From: Octopus vulgaris
Taxonomy: Eukaryota
Direction of reading: 5' to 3'
Assembly: GCA_951406725.2 (NCBI GenBank)
Contig: OX597830.1
Location: 28,520,001 to 28,584,000, forward strand
DNA length: 64,000 bases
A program made the position numbers and the translations under genes. Of the stretch, positions 13,698-29,507 are shown piece by piece. Below the pieces are notes generated by a model. That model was not told the DNA's origin. It saw nothing but the letters and a program-made list of their open reading frames with translations, and made no database searches. Numbering within the stretch: position 1 is the stretch's first letter; each line of letters opens with the position of its first letter.

Positions 13698-15170
13698 TAT
13701 ATATATATATATTAATGTGATCACTGCATCGACTCGTCATTGCAGGTGACAGCCGTCAGTGCCTCTCTGATTCGTGCGTTCCTCATCTACGTTGCTCATA
13801 ACGCTTGTCGTATTCCGTCAACCAGCGTTTCAGATGCTTTCCGATTTCCCTCCGTCTGCGCCAGTACTACTCGACAACAGCGCGAGTCCACCGATTGTCA
13901 GGTTCGCCGACAATATATATGTATGTATATATATAAGGAATCTTTACTCATAGTACTAATTTGCTTGTGGACCCAGGATTAATTGCACCCATACAGTGTC
14001 AATATATTCTTTTAAATTGTTTATTTAATGATAAGAACTATCTAACTTTAATGATTATGCAATGTTTATTAAGCGTATTTAATATACTCTGGGTACTTGT
14101 GAATTTTATTCATGATAATAACTAACAAGCGATTTGGCCTTAAGTATTAAACGCCCAATTGTAAGTGGATTTATAATTGTGTACTGTAGTGTGCCTATAA
14201 GATGGAATTTTCTTAGGTACTTGTATACATCTAATTACTAACACAATTTGCTATATATGAGGTTAGGTCCAAATTTATTTTCTAGCAGCCTTTACAGAGA
14301 CCCGCTGTAATACCTCTACTAGTTTCCTCCCCTTAACTATAACCCGAGTCTATTTTCCGTTTTTTTTTTTTTGACCGTTGTCTCATGTATGTTATATCGT
14401 TAAGCTGCAGAAGGACATAAGCGGGCTTGCACCAATTATATTATTGTCTTCTTCCCTGGACCCTTTATTTTTTCTTATTTATTTTTATTGACATATCCAT
14501 TGTAACGGTTTTAACTTCTGACCTCGGTTCAAATATAATTTGACCAATTATAGAGACCACTGGGCATAGACTTGCCCTATTGTGGACTCTAAGTGGAGCT
14601 CTTGGGTAATACTTCAGTGAGTTCACTTTCTTAAGTACCCTACGTTAATTTTTGGGATACATTTTAAACTTGTATTTACTCGTTAGCATAGGTACTGCCC
14701 TTTCATAATCATGCTAGTAAATTTTCTTGCATTATGTTACTTTGATAAATTTTAAAAGATCTTGGCTCCCCCTTAAATTGAAACTAACCGTAAAATATAT
14801 TTTATTATTCCCTCGACCATTACTATATCACTATTTTACCTACAGACCTCGTAACCCCAAGATGGTTGATTATATGCATTCGATATATTAGGCTTCTAGA
14901 CTTATTTTATAAGCCATGTTTTCTTACCTATTCTTTATTTTGTTTATTTTGGATGCTCTTGCTTTTACTGTAATTTGAATGTCCGATGGAGATGAAGAAT
15001 TTTGCTTACGCATTTATTTATAGACAGTGTTTGGAAACGGCTGCAGAAGCGGTAGTAAGATTTGTTACGTCAAATATATGTTATATCATGCTTTGTATTA
15101 AAAAATAAGTAATAAATGTGGTCCAATCGATGTGTTTGTTTGCCTGATGTTTTCTCCATTTTCTGATTAT

Positions 15171-15213
<43 letters not shown>

Positions 15214-15223
15214 TACATATACA

Positions 15224-15281
<58 letters not shown>

Positions 15282-15568
15282 TGTACATACATATACATAC
15301 ATATATATATATACTTTATCAATAAAGGTGCCCCTCGAACGGGAAGGTGAAACTCTAAGCAACAGCTTTTGTGATGTCTTTTGCACCTTCTTAATAAAGG
15401 ATGTTACTCTACCTCCGTTATTCGACTACTATTTTTCTCCACCTTGCTATACATGCATGTGATTAATCTGGTATATATATATAACGATAAACGTCTCCCT
15501 TTTGAAGCCTAGCTGTGCTCATGTGCCTGGTTTTCCAGTTTCTGTGTTGTGTGTGTTTCCCCCAGCTG

Positions 15569-15940
15569 ATTCCGGGTTCAGACCCACTGCGTGGCACCTT
15601 GGACAGGTGTCTTCTACTATAGCTTCGGACCGACCAAAGCATTGTGAGTGGATTTGATAGACGGAAACTGAAAGAAGCCCGTCGTATATATGTATATATA
15701 TAAATATATATACAAGTGTGTGTGTGCGTTTGTGTGTCCGTGTTTGTTCCCCCCAGCATCTCTTGACAATCCAAGCTGGTGTGTTTGCGTCCCCGTAAGC
15801 CAGCGGTTCGGAAAATGAGACCGATAGAATAAGTACTAGGCTTAGAATAAATAAGTCCTAGGGTCGATTTGCTCGAATAAGGGCGGTACTCCAGCATGGT
15901 CGCAGTCAAATGACTGAAACAAGAAAAAGAGTAAAAGAGT
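15569..15940 (+). mobile_element. SINE family A (5'-truncated), with a second tail copy at 16048-16103
   Basis: Starts at the B box; tail cggtgctccagcatggc...gtaaaagagtaaaagag is repeated downstream. Confidence 0.87.
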
Positions 15941-15988
15941 ATGCATATAGATATATACGTCATGTATATATAAATATATACATATAAA

Positions 15989-16047
<59 letters not shown>

Positions 16048-16170
16048 CGGTGCTCCAGCATGGCCACAGTCAAATGACTGAAACAAGTAAAAGAGTAAAA
16101 GAGTATACATATATATACATAAATATGTATAAATATATATATATACATCCACAAAAGCACACATATTTCC

Positions 16171-16236
<66 letters not shown>

Positions 16237-16604
16237 CTGTACAGTTACTGTGCGATGCGCACGCATGTTGCTTGGACTGTTTAAATTCAAATGAAAAACG
16301 TATAAAGAATGGTTTATCTTATTTCTAGGTTAAACAAATCATGTTAGCGAAATGACATACAATTTAGAAGGAGGATTAGGTGGAATATGTCATTAACACA
16401 TATATGTTTTCAAGGTATCTTGAATGAACACATTTTGTCTAGTATGTCTTTGAACGGTTTCCCAAGACTCAATCCTTAATTATACTCATCATACTGTTAG
16501 AGAAAGTAACTAAAATGGCCACAAGAAACGGTCACATTCTTACGAAGTCACACATGAAATAAATCCACTATTTAATTGACACATATATATACACACAGAC
16601 ACAC

Positions 16605-16642
<38 letters not shown>

Positions 16643-16739
16643 ACACAAATATATATATATATACATATATATGTACATATATACACACATATATATACAT
16701 ATATATATATATATATATTCATTTATATACTCTGCCTCT

Positions 16740-16752
16740 CTCTCACACACAC

Positions 16753-16843
<91 letters not shown>

Positions 16844-16844
16844 C

Positions 16845-16927
<83 letters not shown>

Positions 16928-16942
16928 TATAGATAGATAGAT
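16740..16942. repeat. Compound microsatellite (CA)n(TA)n(GATA)n
   Basis: Direct reading. Confidence 0.95.
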
Positions 16943-18164
16943 ACAGAGAGGGAATGAGGGAGAAAGTAAGTGCCATGAGAACAGAGTGTTGGAGGAAAGA
17001 AATTGAGTGAAATAGAGTGTGAGAGAACCACATACGTAGAGAAAAATATGAGCGTGAGTACAATATGCATGTAGCTGGACAGCTGGGTGTATATAGATCT
17101 ATCTATATGTCATAACTATATTGTATTAGCACATCTAATGCAATAGTAATTAATATTATAATATGTATTCGATACCACAACGATATTGCATTATATTGTA
17201 TTAGAAGCGTTGCGGTAACATAATGGTACTTTTTTTTTTTTGAAACAATATCAGTGTAATACAATGGTTACATAGACGTATGGTTTCCTAGATAACATAC
17301 GGTTTTCGGAAAATGTGCTGTATTCGACTAGAATGCCCTGTACAAAGTTTTAAAAGGAATCTTCTTTTAATCCATAGAAACCAGCTTGCGTGAAAATGCG
17401 CAACGCAATAATTTTCTGCTTGTGATATGAGTAATTGTTGTTTTTTTTTTCTCTTTTCCGTTTGCATTTTTCAGATATTTCTTCTTTTCACTCGCCTTCA
17501 TTCTTTGCTTTTAGTTTTGTGATGACTATGGGATCTAAGAAAGGAATTAAAAGAAGGATATTAAAAAGCAAAAGAAAACGAAAATGGTGTGTAAACTAAA
17601 CACGGTTATAGAGTATTCTTTCGGAAGGATTATTGCGCTAGATCGTGGATCAGCTGGACTTCTTTTATTTACGGAATTTTCCTTTATATGCCCAACACTT
17701 CAATACCAATTCTCTTTCATTCATCAAATAGTAAAAATGGTATTTCGATGTTTCCATCCGTTTTGTTCTATTTCTCCTTTTTTGTTTCCATTATTTTACT
17801 TTGTCATTCTTCTCAGTGCCTCACATGGTTATTAGCAGTTTCTATAAGAAACCATAGCCAACAGCTATCAGTGATTTTTTATGTTTTCTCTATCTCCGTA
17901 AACAATACATCGCGCGAGAATATTCCTATTTAGCACACCCGCCATTAGAGAATTCGAGCCATGTAGAGACTCGCTGCCTTCCTTCGATCTTCTGCAAATA
18001 TCAACGGAATATTTTCCTTCCAACATTCCATAATGAGTTAAAATGAGAACGCTTTGATAACGTATTCTTAGATATTCCATACTGCAACATATTACAGGAT
18101 GATCACGGCTGGAATGTCTCTGATGATAGGCCTTCAATGTGTGTGTCTGTGTATATAAATATAA

Positions 18165-18216
<52 letters not shown>

Positions 18217-18327
18217 TTACATGCACCCGACGCGTTGAGTGTGTATGTACTCCACCCCGCCAGTAACATCCCACCGGTAAATACACGAATCATATGCGTT
18301 AAGTATAAGTGGTTAAGGATATATATA

Positions 18328-19410
18328 TATAGGGTGCGTAATATATTTGAGGACATACCTTTTGGGGTCATTGCTGCATTTTTTGCTAACTCTGCATAAT
18401 CTTTGTTTCAGAAAATAATAATGGCAAACCCTCACCATACTCAAGAAATGGAGAGGCATGCGATCATTGTGATTATAAAGAGTGAGCATAGCGATTTCAA
18501 AATATCTCGATTTTTAAATGTTGCCAGGTTTTTCGCCCACAAGGTTTGTAAGTAGCTAGAAACGGAACATCACCAGTATCTAGGCATAAAAAGCATTCTA
18601 AACACTCTGAAGTCATCAGAATACCTGAATTTATCCAACAGGTTCAACAGACCATTGATTACAATCCCAGAAAATCCATGAGGTCAATTGCAAAAGATCT
18701 CTATGTATCAGAATAAACAGTCAGAAATGTTGTCCACGAAGACATCAGACAGAAGTCTTTTATGATGAGGAAAGGTTAATATGTTAGAAAAAGTAAAAGA
18801 ATATCACTACATCAGATATAAAAGCCTCTTGAACAAACTGAAGACTCCAGCAGAATATGTTTCGGTTTTTCTCAAACCTGAAAACTTCGACCAAGATCAT
18901 AAAGTTAACAGAAGAAATTTTAGAATGTTATTAACAAATGTGTTTGTGGAGGCATGAATCAGAGTTGTGATCTCTATTGTTTTTGGTCCTAAACTGGGAA
19001 AATTAAAATTTCCAGTTAATCATGTACAAAATCTTCGACCAAGATCCAAGAGTTAACAGAAGAAATCACAGATGGTTAAGTGCAGACATTTCTGAAGTTC
19101 CAAATGTTGTGCATACAAACAACATTTCCTGAAACTGTCATGATTTTTAGGGATCGTCAGCAATGAAGCACATGTGATGCCTCCTTACTTCTTTCCACAA
19201 GGCCTTAGAGTTAACTACCGTCTACATAAAAGTCCTAGAAATAATTATTAAACCCTGGATAGACAGTGTATGCAATGGAATGCTATATGTATTTCAGGAA
19301 GACTCTGCTCTATTACACATGGCTCTAGTAATACAGGAATGGATGGCCGAAAATTTCCATGATCACATAACCCTTAATATTTGGCCTCCTAATTCCCGAG
19401 ATCCCGCGTA
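18328..19410 (+). pseudogene. Decayed DD37D/maT-type Tc1/mariner transposase
   Basis: ATG at 18421; NFDQDHKVNRRN segment; YVFQEDSALLH...WMAENFHDHITLNIWPPNSRD at about 19286-19402; many stops and frameshifts. Possible left end tatagggtg at 18328. Subfamily assigned from similarity to the 36851 fragment. Confidence 0.82.
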
Positions 19411-19552
19411 TATTCATTTCAACAAAGTGTCTCATTGTATAAATTATGCACATCATTAAACATTTGTTCAAAAGATAATAAATTAAGGTTTAAATACTAC
19501 CCGTTCTTCAAGATTTTTTTATTATATTGTTACGATCTTTTGTTAATTTGTG

Positions 19553-19672
<120 letters not shown>

Positions 19673-19985
19673 GAAATAGAAAGATGAATAATCTTGTTGC
19701 AGATTAATCAAAAGTTTAACCGATACCTTGGTAGCAAAAATCACAGCAGAAGACAAGAAGTTTGGCCATGGGCTCTTAGGAGCCTCGTTCGATTTGTTTT
19801 GCTCCACCTCTGTTCTGTTTTTGTTTTTTCCAACGGATTTCCTATTTCTTCCTGAAGAGAAAGACACAATATGGTCTCCTTATTCAATCGGAATTTGGTA
19901 AATTGTGCCTTTCGAAACACGTGTAGAATGCAATAAAACGATTTCTGTTCAATCTTCGTTCAACTCCATTTCTTCAATTCACTAA

Positions 19986-20074
<89 letters not shown>

Positions 20075-20834
20075 TTCTTATTGAAACATGTTAACTCTGA
20101 AACAAACACTTTGATGGCTGCAACGACACTTCTAGAAATTTGCTAAAATTAAGATCATTTTTACAAACAAAATCTTTCACTATTGTGAGAAATAAATCTT
20201 TTATTGCTACACGCCGACTCTAATCTTGGAGGAAAGATCGAAGAAATTAAAGCAATTTGATATATAATCAGTACTTAATTGTTATAACTCAAATAGAATC
20301 ATGGTGTCTAGCGAAACGTTTGATGCCGTACTATTATCGAAAACACTGTGTTAAACTTTTTATTGGGAATTAAAATTCCTGCTGTAAGAATTATAATATT
20401 TTCAACTAAATTTTAAAAAGAAATAAGGAAAATCGTTAAAATTAATAAATACATGTATCGATTGCCGGCTGTCAGAAGAGTTTCACATTTTTCACACATA
20501 GTATTTCGTTATATTCAAAGCGAGTGAAAGAGGTAAACAAATAGAGAAGGAGGAGGAGAAGAATGGTGAGGGGAGGAAAAAAAGAAAGAGAGAGAGAGAG
20601 CAGTAGATAGACTAAACTTATTTAGTGGCCATAATTAGAAATTCGAGATAAATGGAGGAATCAATAGATATAAATGCGAGGAATCTGCTGTATAGGTAAC
20701 CAGATCATCCGAGCTATAAACAACATATGTTTCACTCTTTCTCAACGAAGGTTTAGTGGAGTTCTTAGCCGGAAATGATAGCACAGATACAAACATATCG
20801 TCAGCCAATACGTATAGATTGACTATTTCATTCA

Positions 20835-20865
<31 letters not shown>

Positions 20866-20874
20866 CGTGATCAC

Positions 20875-21063
20875 CGCCATGATAGATCGTTAGTCACTAC
20901 ACACATTTTTTACTCTCCTTGTTATTTCTGTGTACCTTTCTGTAGAAGAGCGTAGGCTCGAAACGTAAAAGACTGTTTCTATTCCTGGGAGTTATACTAA
21001 TACATCTGTTTGTTTTGTATACCACCTGTCTTCGTCTTTTGTTTTTTTCGTAAACTTTCCCTA
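20875..21063 (+). mobile_element. Family H short copy with hammerhead motif
   Basis: ccttt-CTGTAGA-a-gagc-gtag-gctc-GAAA-cg-TA-aaaga at 20935-20972; flanked by (TA)n. Confidence 0.8.
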
Positions 21064-21383
21064 TATATATATATTTATATATATCACCGTGATAAAATTA
21101 ATATAAACAGCACTCTGCAATGTTTCACCATAAAAGAGAATTATATTTGTAACTAAATGAACAAGGGTGTTAGTAAACACCTACATTGCTTGAAATAAGA
21201 GTGAAAGCCTTCCAATGACGCACTTAACGCTCGTGAATGAAAACATATACAATAACAGAGACCATAATTGTACGAAAATTACTGATCGCAAATTCTCAAT
21301 ATTGACGTCGGTTTCTGCTATTTCCGTTGTCTCATCAGTTAAGCCGGTTACGTGTGTGTGTGTGTGTATGTGTGTGTGTGTGT

Positions 21384-21418
<35 letters not shown>

Positions 21419-21485
21419 CGTTCACACATATTTATATGTACATTAATATACACCAACACTTATAAATATATGTAGATATATTATA

Positions 21486-21524
<39 letters not shown>

Positions 21525-22167
21525 ATATCTATCTCTCTATATATGTAAAACAACAACAATACATTCATTTGATTAATATATTTCTACGTAATAATATCTT
21601 GTGTATATATATTTAGAGAGAAAGTGAGAGAGACATTGCGCAATATAAATAATTTGATTGATTAAATATGCAATAATATAGCATAATATCAATAAGAAAA
21701 TGGATAAGTTTACGAATTTGCCGGTTGTGCTCGGTTCTTCACGTCCACATCATTAACTCAGTAATGTTGGTTTGTTTGTGTTTAATCTAACACTCGTCAA
21801 TTTAAGCTTCTCTCCTTGTGTTTCAGAATTCTTTACACCACCAGCCCACCATTAGCACCACGACCACGACCACCACCAACCACCAGCAACACCACAACTG
21901 TTGGCTTGACGATCACCACTGCCTTCACATCCGCTACCAACAGCACCACTCCCGTCGTCTCTACTACCATTATCAACACCACCAACTCCACTTCCACCAT
22001 TATGTAGAATACTACAAGCAAAAAGTGCCAATCTCCTTCATCCCCGTCCACTATGTTTCCACTTTGCCTATTTAGCAAACATGCACATATATTTATGCCG
22101 TGCAAATATATACATGAATACATACAAACATATGTGTGCGTGTATGTGTACGTAAATTCACACACAC

Positions 22168-22199
<32 letters not shown>

Positions 22200-22274
22200 A
22201 TATAGATTAACAGATGTACATAAATATATGCTTACATACAGATATATAGACACACACATACATACGTGTGTGTG

Positions 22275-22364
<90 letters not shown>

Positions 22365-23051
22365 AAAGCCAGTGAACTGCAATGGCAACACAGGTTTAAC
22401 TTTGAATCTCTTCAACAATTCAAAATAATGAATTTAATTTCTCTTAATTCTACCTCAGTACATCTAATTGTATTTATTTATCGCTACTTTTCATAAAAAA
22501 AGCCTTTAATTTTTTTTATATTCAATGTCCCTTTTCGCTTTTCTTCTTACGTTCCCCGTATCTTTTTTTCCGTGCAATTTCTATTTTCTTTTTGATACGT
22601 ATTTCTATTATATACTAGAAGCAAAAAGCCACTATTACCACCTTAAAATCTCCGAGAATAACACACTATACTGCAGGCAAGCAAAATAATAATAAGGAAT
22701 CAGCAAGGCTGGTTAACTGTGTATGGGATGGAATTTCAAGTTTAAAGTAAAAATGAAATGTTTTACCTACTGTTTTCTTCAGCACAGTACTGCATAAGAT
22801 AAATTCACGAGTATCTCAAAATATGCATACGATTAAGCGACTTCGTATGACCAATATTTCTCTACACTCGTAAAAATATATTGCCAAATATAATTCACGT
22901 TTTTCCTTTGTACCCGATCCCTTGACATGATTGTGTACATAATTATAAAATATTTCGTAAAATTTACCTATGAGATTTTTAATTTCCCAATGGCGACCTT
23001 GTAAAATTATTATTCATTTTACCCTGTTATTATATATAAATGATATTTGAA

Positions 23052-25252
<2,201 letters not shown>

Positions 25253-25292
25253 CTATATCTATATATCTATATATTGGAATTACTATGTCTCC

Positions 25293-25329
25293 TGTTTCTG
25301 AAGAAGAGTTTTGCTCGAAACGTAAAGCA
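25293..25329 (+). ncRNA. Minimal type I hammerhead ribozyme motif with canonical core
   Basis: Stem I tgttt/aagca, CTGAAGA core, extra A, stem II gagt-ttt-gctc, GAAA, palindromic ACGT in place of stem III, predicted cleavage after GUA (25324). Confidence 0.65.
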
Positions 25330-25539
25330 CCCTCTCTTTCCTTCTCTGTACCACGTCCTCGAGTTGTTTTTTCTTGTCTTTTTTCTCTGTTTAGTCCAAA
25401 AAGACTCCTTTGCTGTCTAAATGTTAAGAACGCTTATTCCTAGCTGAATGCAACACATTTATAAGGATATATAATTGAATGAAGAAATGAAGAAATGCTG
25501 AAAAAAATATGCGAAAGTTTTCAGTCAATTACATCGTCA

Positions 25540-26283
25540 CCAGCCTCGTTGGTGTTTGAACTCAGAATATGTAACCAGAAGAAATGCCGTGTAGCATTTT
25601 CCCCGGGATCGTAACAGTTCTACCAGAACGCCATCTTCTAATTAATAATAATGCTTTCTACATTAGGCCCAATGTCTGAAATTTAGGGGAGGGGACTGGT
25701 CAATTACATGGAACCCAGTGTTTCACTGGTATTTAATTTACCGACCCCGAAAGGATGAAAGACAAAGTCGACATCGGAGGGAAGGCAAAGTCGAACCTAG
25801 CGACAAGTGAAATACCTATTTCATTACTACCCACAAGGGGCTAAACACAGAGAGGACAAACAAGGACAGACAAACGGATTAAGTCGATTATATCGACCCT
25901 AGTGCGTAACAGGTACTTATTTAATCGACCCCGAAAGAATGAAAGGCAAAGTCGACCTCGGCGGAATTTGAACTTAGAACGTAGCGACAGACGAAATACT
26001 GCTAAGTATTTCGCTTGGCGTGCTAACGATTCTGTCATCTCACCGCCTTCTTAATACTAATAATAATTCTTTCTATTATAGGAACAATTCCTGAAGTTTG
26101 TGGGCAGCGTGCAACTCGACTACATCGACCCCAGTGCATAACCAGTACTTATTTTATCGCCGCCGAAATGTTGATAGGCAAAGACGACCGCAGCGAAATT
26201 TGAAATCAGATCACGAAGACAGACGAAATAGCGCTAAGCATTTCGCCTGGCGTGCTAGTGATTCTGCCAGCTCGCCGCCTTAT

Positions 26284-26341
<58 letters not shown>

Positions 26342-26480
26342 CATTTCTACTATAGAAACAGCGCCAGAAATTTTGGAGGAGCAGATGAAAGGCAAAGTCG
26401 ACTTCGGCGGAATTTGAACCCAGAGCGAAATGCCGCTAGGCATTTTGCTCCGGTTTGTCTTGCTAATTATTTTAACAGCT
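25540..26480 (-). mobile_element. Tandem cluster of about five SINE family B copies/fragments
   Basis: Full tail-1 copy at about 25818-26049; tail-2 copies at about 25653-25790, 26068-26281 and 26343-26480; head fragment at about 25540-25640. Most are separated by short (AAT)n runs. Confidence 0.82.
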
Positions 26481-26502
26481 CTCACCGTCACAATGATAAA
26501 GT

Positions 26503-26515
26503 CTACTACTACTAC

Positions 26516-26599
<84 letters not shown>

Positions 26600-26603
26600 T
26601 AAT

Positions 26604-26674
<71 letters not shown>

Positions 26675-26683
26675 TATAATAAT
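26503..26683. repeat. Compound (TAC)n-(AAT)n-polyA-(AAT)n
   Basis: Direct reading. Confidence 0.95.
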
Positions 26684-27256
26684 TGAAGATAATTGACTAC
26701 ATAATTAAATGACGCTAACAATGATGTCAGTTAAGTGTATGACACCCAAATACAACCCTATACTGTATCCATATAAACATTCGTAATGCACGACACCGCA
26801 GTATCGAATACGTTACAATATCACATTATGATTTATTTACAGTCACACGTAGGGATTGTTCTTATTGTTCATGTTGTTTTCCTTGTTGACGGTGTTGGTG
26901 TTGATATTTTCGCCTTGCATGCTTTGTTTTTTGTTGTTTTTGGTTTCCAAGTTTTTTAGGAGTTCATATTTATTTATATTAATAAGAGCAGTGTGGGATA
27001 TTTGATTGAATGAGAGTTAACGTAATTATAGAGACTAGGTGGCAAAAAAGATAAATAAATGAATGGAATAAATATGTGGAATGATATTGTAAAGAATATA
27101 AGCAAATTAAGTATTGCTACAGAAACACGCTTTATTGTTACATATATTGTTATTTACACACATACATATACATATATACATACATGCATACATACATGCA
27201 TACATACATACACACACACACTCGCATGCTTATAATTTTTTTAAAATTCTTATATA

Positions 27257-27625
27257 CTTTTACTTGTTTCAGTCAATATACAGCGGCCATGCTGGGGCAC
27301 CGCCTTGAATTATCAGTGGAATAAATGGTGCTATTTCTTTCGGTCTATTTTGTCGCTAAATTACGTGGATGCAAACACACCAACACCGGTTGTCAAGCGG
27401 TGTTGGGAGGACAAACACAGAGACAAAGACACAAAGACGCATTTACATATATAGTATATACGACGGGTTTCTTTCAGTTTCCGTCTACCAAATTCATTCA
27501 CAAGGCCTCGGTCGGCTCGAGGCTATATATTAGGAGACATTTGGCGAAGGTGCCACGCAGTTGGACTGAACCCGGAACCATGTGGTTGGGAACTAAGCAT
27601 CTTACCCACAACCACACCTATGCAT
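27257..27625 (-). mobile_element. SINE family A
   Basis: Reverse-complement match to the family, with an altered or deleted segment in the 3' half. Confidence 0.82.
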
Positions 27626-27782
27626 TTCCACCCCCTCTCTCTCTCTGTATCGATAGATAGATAGATTGATGCATAGATATATAAAGATATATACATGCTT
27701 ACAGGTATATATTTGTAAACATATTTATATAAAAACGCTTATGGCGTATTAATTCAGATAACATTGGATAAACTATTTTTAG

Positions 27783-27858
<76 letters not shown>

Positions 27859-27868
27859 GTATGTATGT

Positions 27869-28057
27869 AGGCTGAAATCACAAACAAAAAAAAAGTAAAA
27901 GACGAAGACAGGTGGTGTAGACAACAAACAAATGTATTAGTATAACGCTCGGGAAGTGAAGTCTTTAACGTTTCGAGCCTCCCCTCTTCCAAAGAAAGGA
28001 ACACAGAAAGAAACAAGGAGAGAAAATAAAGAAAGTGTAGTGGCTAGCAATCTATCA
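27869..28057 (-). mobile_element. Family H short copy (degenerate hammerhead)
   Basis: Reverse complement matches the family; core mutated to CTTTGGA and stem II is broken. A further 3' scrap lies at about 28181-28220. Confidence 0.75.
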
Positions 28058-28076
28058 CTATATATATATATACATA

Positions 28077-28168
<92 letters not shown>

Positions 28169-29507
28169 CATACATATACAGTGAGGATTTACAAAAAACG
28201 AAGACGGGTGTGTAAACAACATATGTATAAACACATATATACACGCATACACACAGACATACACACATACACACACACACATATATACATATCTTAATGT
28301 TTTTATCTGGTTAATACTAGGTTAATACTAGCATGTGCGCACAGCAGCACGCATAAATAGAGAAAGTGTAGATACACTTGTCACACAAACAGGATGCACA
28401 GAATAGTTTTTGTTTGTAATTCTCTTTACGCCAAGGCGCCGATAAACTTAGGTATCAGTTTAGTTTTGCCTCTATCTGTGAAAAGTTATGGACATTGATA
28501 CATTCCTCTTTTATCTCCTAATCGTCAAGGTCATTTGTGAATAGTGACGAAAGAACTAATATTTGCATTGCTTTATGTGTATTCTTTAAATGGAAGCGAT
28601 TCAAAGAATAATTTTGGCCCGTGATGATCTTAGGAGCAGAGGACTAAAATATCTACAAAAAGTGATTCGTGATGGATTTGATTGGGTTTTCTTGTTAAAA
28701 GAATTCCATCTTCTTATCTTACTTCTAGTTTCTCCCGAACATTTGGTTTGTATATTTACACATGAGGACATCTTCGATGTTCCAGAATTTGATCGTAGTC
28801 GCCTATATCTTCCAAGATGAAGCTAGTTTGCTTCAGCTTTTCACTGATGTGGTGCTGATGCACCATGTCTATTGACGTCTCACTGTCTTTCTTTTCAAAA
28901 ATCTCTGAAATTGTGCAGCTAAATTTCCCCAGTCCAAATGGCACACCCCACTTAACAATTCTTTCTAATGCTGGTCTGCATACACATTTAGACGAATATA
29001 CTGCAGGGCATAATATAATATAATACAGGTCCCCGTTAATCAAGGTTGTCGATGCATCTTTATGTATATATAAAGAGGCTATGAGATGTAAGGTGTGAAT
29101 AAGACCCAAAGCTGTCAGGTAATGCTCACTGCTACGGATAGACCATAGTTAAACTCCAGGTTCGGTGATTATAAGAATGAATCCAACGTAGTCGATATAT
29201 CAGCATGGGTATACATTACAAATTTTTTTTCAGAATGAGACAAAAAAAAAACAAACAAATCAAAGCTGTGAAGATATTAGAACATTTATAAATAGACCTT
29301 CTATTTATAAATGTTGTAAAATCTTCACAGCCTTGGTTCTCAATTTTTTATATGTATACATATTTGTATATATATATATGTGTGTGTGTGTGTGTAAGTG
29401 TGTGTAAGTGTGTGTAAGTGTGTTTGTGTGAGCGTATATACATATATATATATGATACATGTATGCATATATATATATATGTGTGTATATATATATATAT
29501 ATATACA

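Noticed and set aside
15463-16290. 275-aa ORF and the recurring peptide [13 protein letters not shown]...RRHLPKVPRSG
   Set aside because: Antisense reading of SINE family A plus microsatellite; it recurs wherever the SINE occurs.
25540-26480. Regularly recurring repeats superficially like a CRISPR array
   Set aside because: Eukaryotic SINE copies of irregular length, with no cas genes or constant repeat-spacer period.
28590-29200. Possible RTE-like coding relic
   Set aside because: Only vague motif resemblance; cannot be supported without a homology search.
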